A stretch of DNA of 64,000 nucleotides from Squalus acanthias (taxonomy: Eukaryota), in contig CM059430.1 in assembly GCA_030390025.1 (NCBI GenBank), positions 75,144,001 to 75,208,000 of the forward strand, read 5' to 3'. The translations under genes were made by a program, and so were the position numbers. The number at the start of each line of letters is the position of its first letter. The first letter of the stretch is position 1. Under the pieces are notes generated by a model. It had not been told where the DNA came from. It worked only from the letters and a program-made list of their open reading frames with translations, and did not search any database. Below are positions 62,491 to 64,000 of the stretch, piece after piece.

Positions 62491-64000
62491 CGGTTGAATT
62501 TCTTCTCTGGAGCAATTGGCAATTCTGGCGCAAATGGTGTCCAAAATTGTGCCCATTTTGAAAAATGTTGGAAATCTCGCCAAACGCAAATTATGCCATG
62601 GACCAAAGCAAATGTGTAGAATTTTAAAACATAATTTAAAAAATTGCTTTAAAGATGTTCGTTGATATATAGATTGGAATCTCGACTGAATATTTAGCGT
62701 TCCGTTTGAAAGTTATCACTGAGGCAGAACCCTCAAAATCATAACGTTTATATGACAGAGGACACCCAACCCGTCTCACCTAGGATTCTTGAACAATTTT
62801 TACTTGCAAGATATCGAATCACGCTCTTAAATTAAGCCAGAGAATTTATTGAGTATCAAAAAGCTATACAAGGTTAATACTTAACAAGCGCAATAGGTAT
62901 ACAGCGAGTCTTGGCTCCGACGGTTCGCGCTTCCAAGCTCTCTGGGGCACAATCTTCTGTTCGCTTCTTACTGTGTTCTGTTGACCGTATTCGAAATCAT
63001 TCCTCTAAGTGTGCCCCCGATGTTCTGTAATCTCTCTCTTTTATCCCCCTCGGGGTGCTAGTGCCTCACCATATTAGGTCATGAATCATTTCAGCCGAAA
63101 TGATTGGATTATGGTCCCATTTTGTTCGTCCATGGCCTCCTGATGTCCCAGCACGTATACCAAGTACAGGTGGTTCCTGTTGTCTACCTTTGCAAGAGAC
63201 TTATAGTTCACAACTTACTTCAGGTCTTCTCGATTCTGGCAATGCTGCATTTTCACAACCGCATACTCTGACCTTTAACTCTCGTAAACATGTACAGATG
63301 TATCTTATTAACTCTACCATTGTTCTGACACAAATGTTAACTTTGAAAAACATGTCTCAGCATCAGCCATGCCGACTCCACGTAACCACACTTTAGCAGA
63401 ACCTTATTTACGAACGCAGGTGTTTACAGCATGCTATATTATCAATACTTAAACCAAACTAGCGCAACTACCTCTTGGCATATTTGGCCCAGCCTTCTCA
63501 TCATGCCGAAAAAGCTAGCAATAACATCTTTACAAAGTAAGTAAGAACACAAAATCAATAACGCAGAGATATTGTTAAAATGCCATATGTGGATCCATAA
63601 AACCCCACACCTTCATCCTTTAATCTATTTAATTGCAACCCTCCATGTACCAGAGGAAAGTGCTAAGAACTATGCAGGAGATAACAGGCTTGCGTGAGGA
63701 CACGGAATGTGAGCCTGAAATTTTGAATCAATACAGAATTGCATTCATTAGAAAACATCAGAAATTAAAAATTGGTTGAAGGAATAAAGGATAAATAGTT
63801 TTTGATGGAATAAAGAAGAAACGGGAAGCTCGTCTCTCTTTTCTACTGTTCTCCAGTTATTTGTTTTTGTTTTAATTGTGGATGTTACTGTCTTTTTATC
63901 AAACATGTGTGAATGTTACGGTGTTACTGCGGATGTGGCACCTCACTTTAGAAAGGCTTTGGTTAAGATTCCACATGGCAGACTGGTCACGAATTTAGAA

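Overview
Vertebrate genomic DNA, most likely from a cartilaginous fish (inferred from the CR1/HER1-type LINEs, HE1-like and Deu-domain SINEs, Penelope and Harbinger repeats). Most ORF-track entries are transposon debris or spurious. The real content is a cluster of three paralogous, intron-containing, non-rearranging Ig-superfamily receptor genes with the layout leader - VJ-type V domain - C1 domain - TM - tail. (A) An intact 7-exon + strand gene (26829-36246, 369 aa) with an uncharged TM and a SIRP-alpha-like tail of two ITIM/ITSM-like pairs, so inhibitory type. (B) A second + strand gene (45591 to at least 53897), intact through the TM, with an unresolved tail. (C) A - strand pseudogene (2292-7831) with wrecked V and C1 exons but an intact TM exon carrying an Arg, so activating type. 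Together they look like a paired activating/inhibitory V-C1 receptor family. The rest is nested transposons, including a Harbinger split by a near-full-length CR1, ~750-bp MITEs with an internal GCGCATGCGC hairpin, and ~170-190-bp Penelope-derived inserts with minimal hammerhead ribozyme cores. Repeat boundaries are approximate; exon boundaries were read from splice sites and frame.
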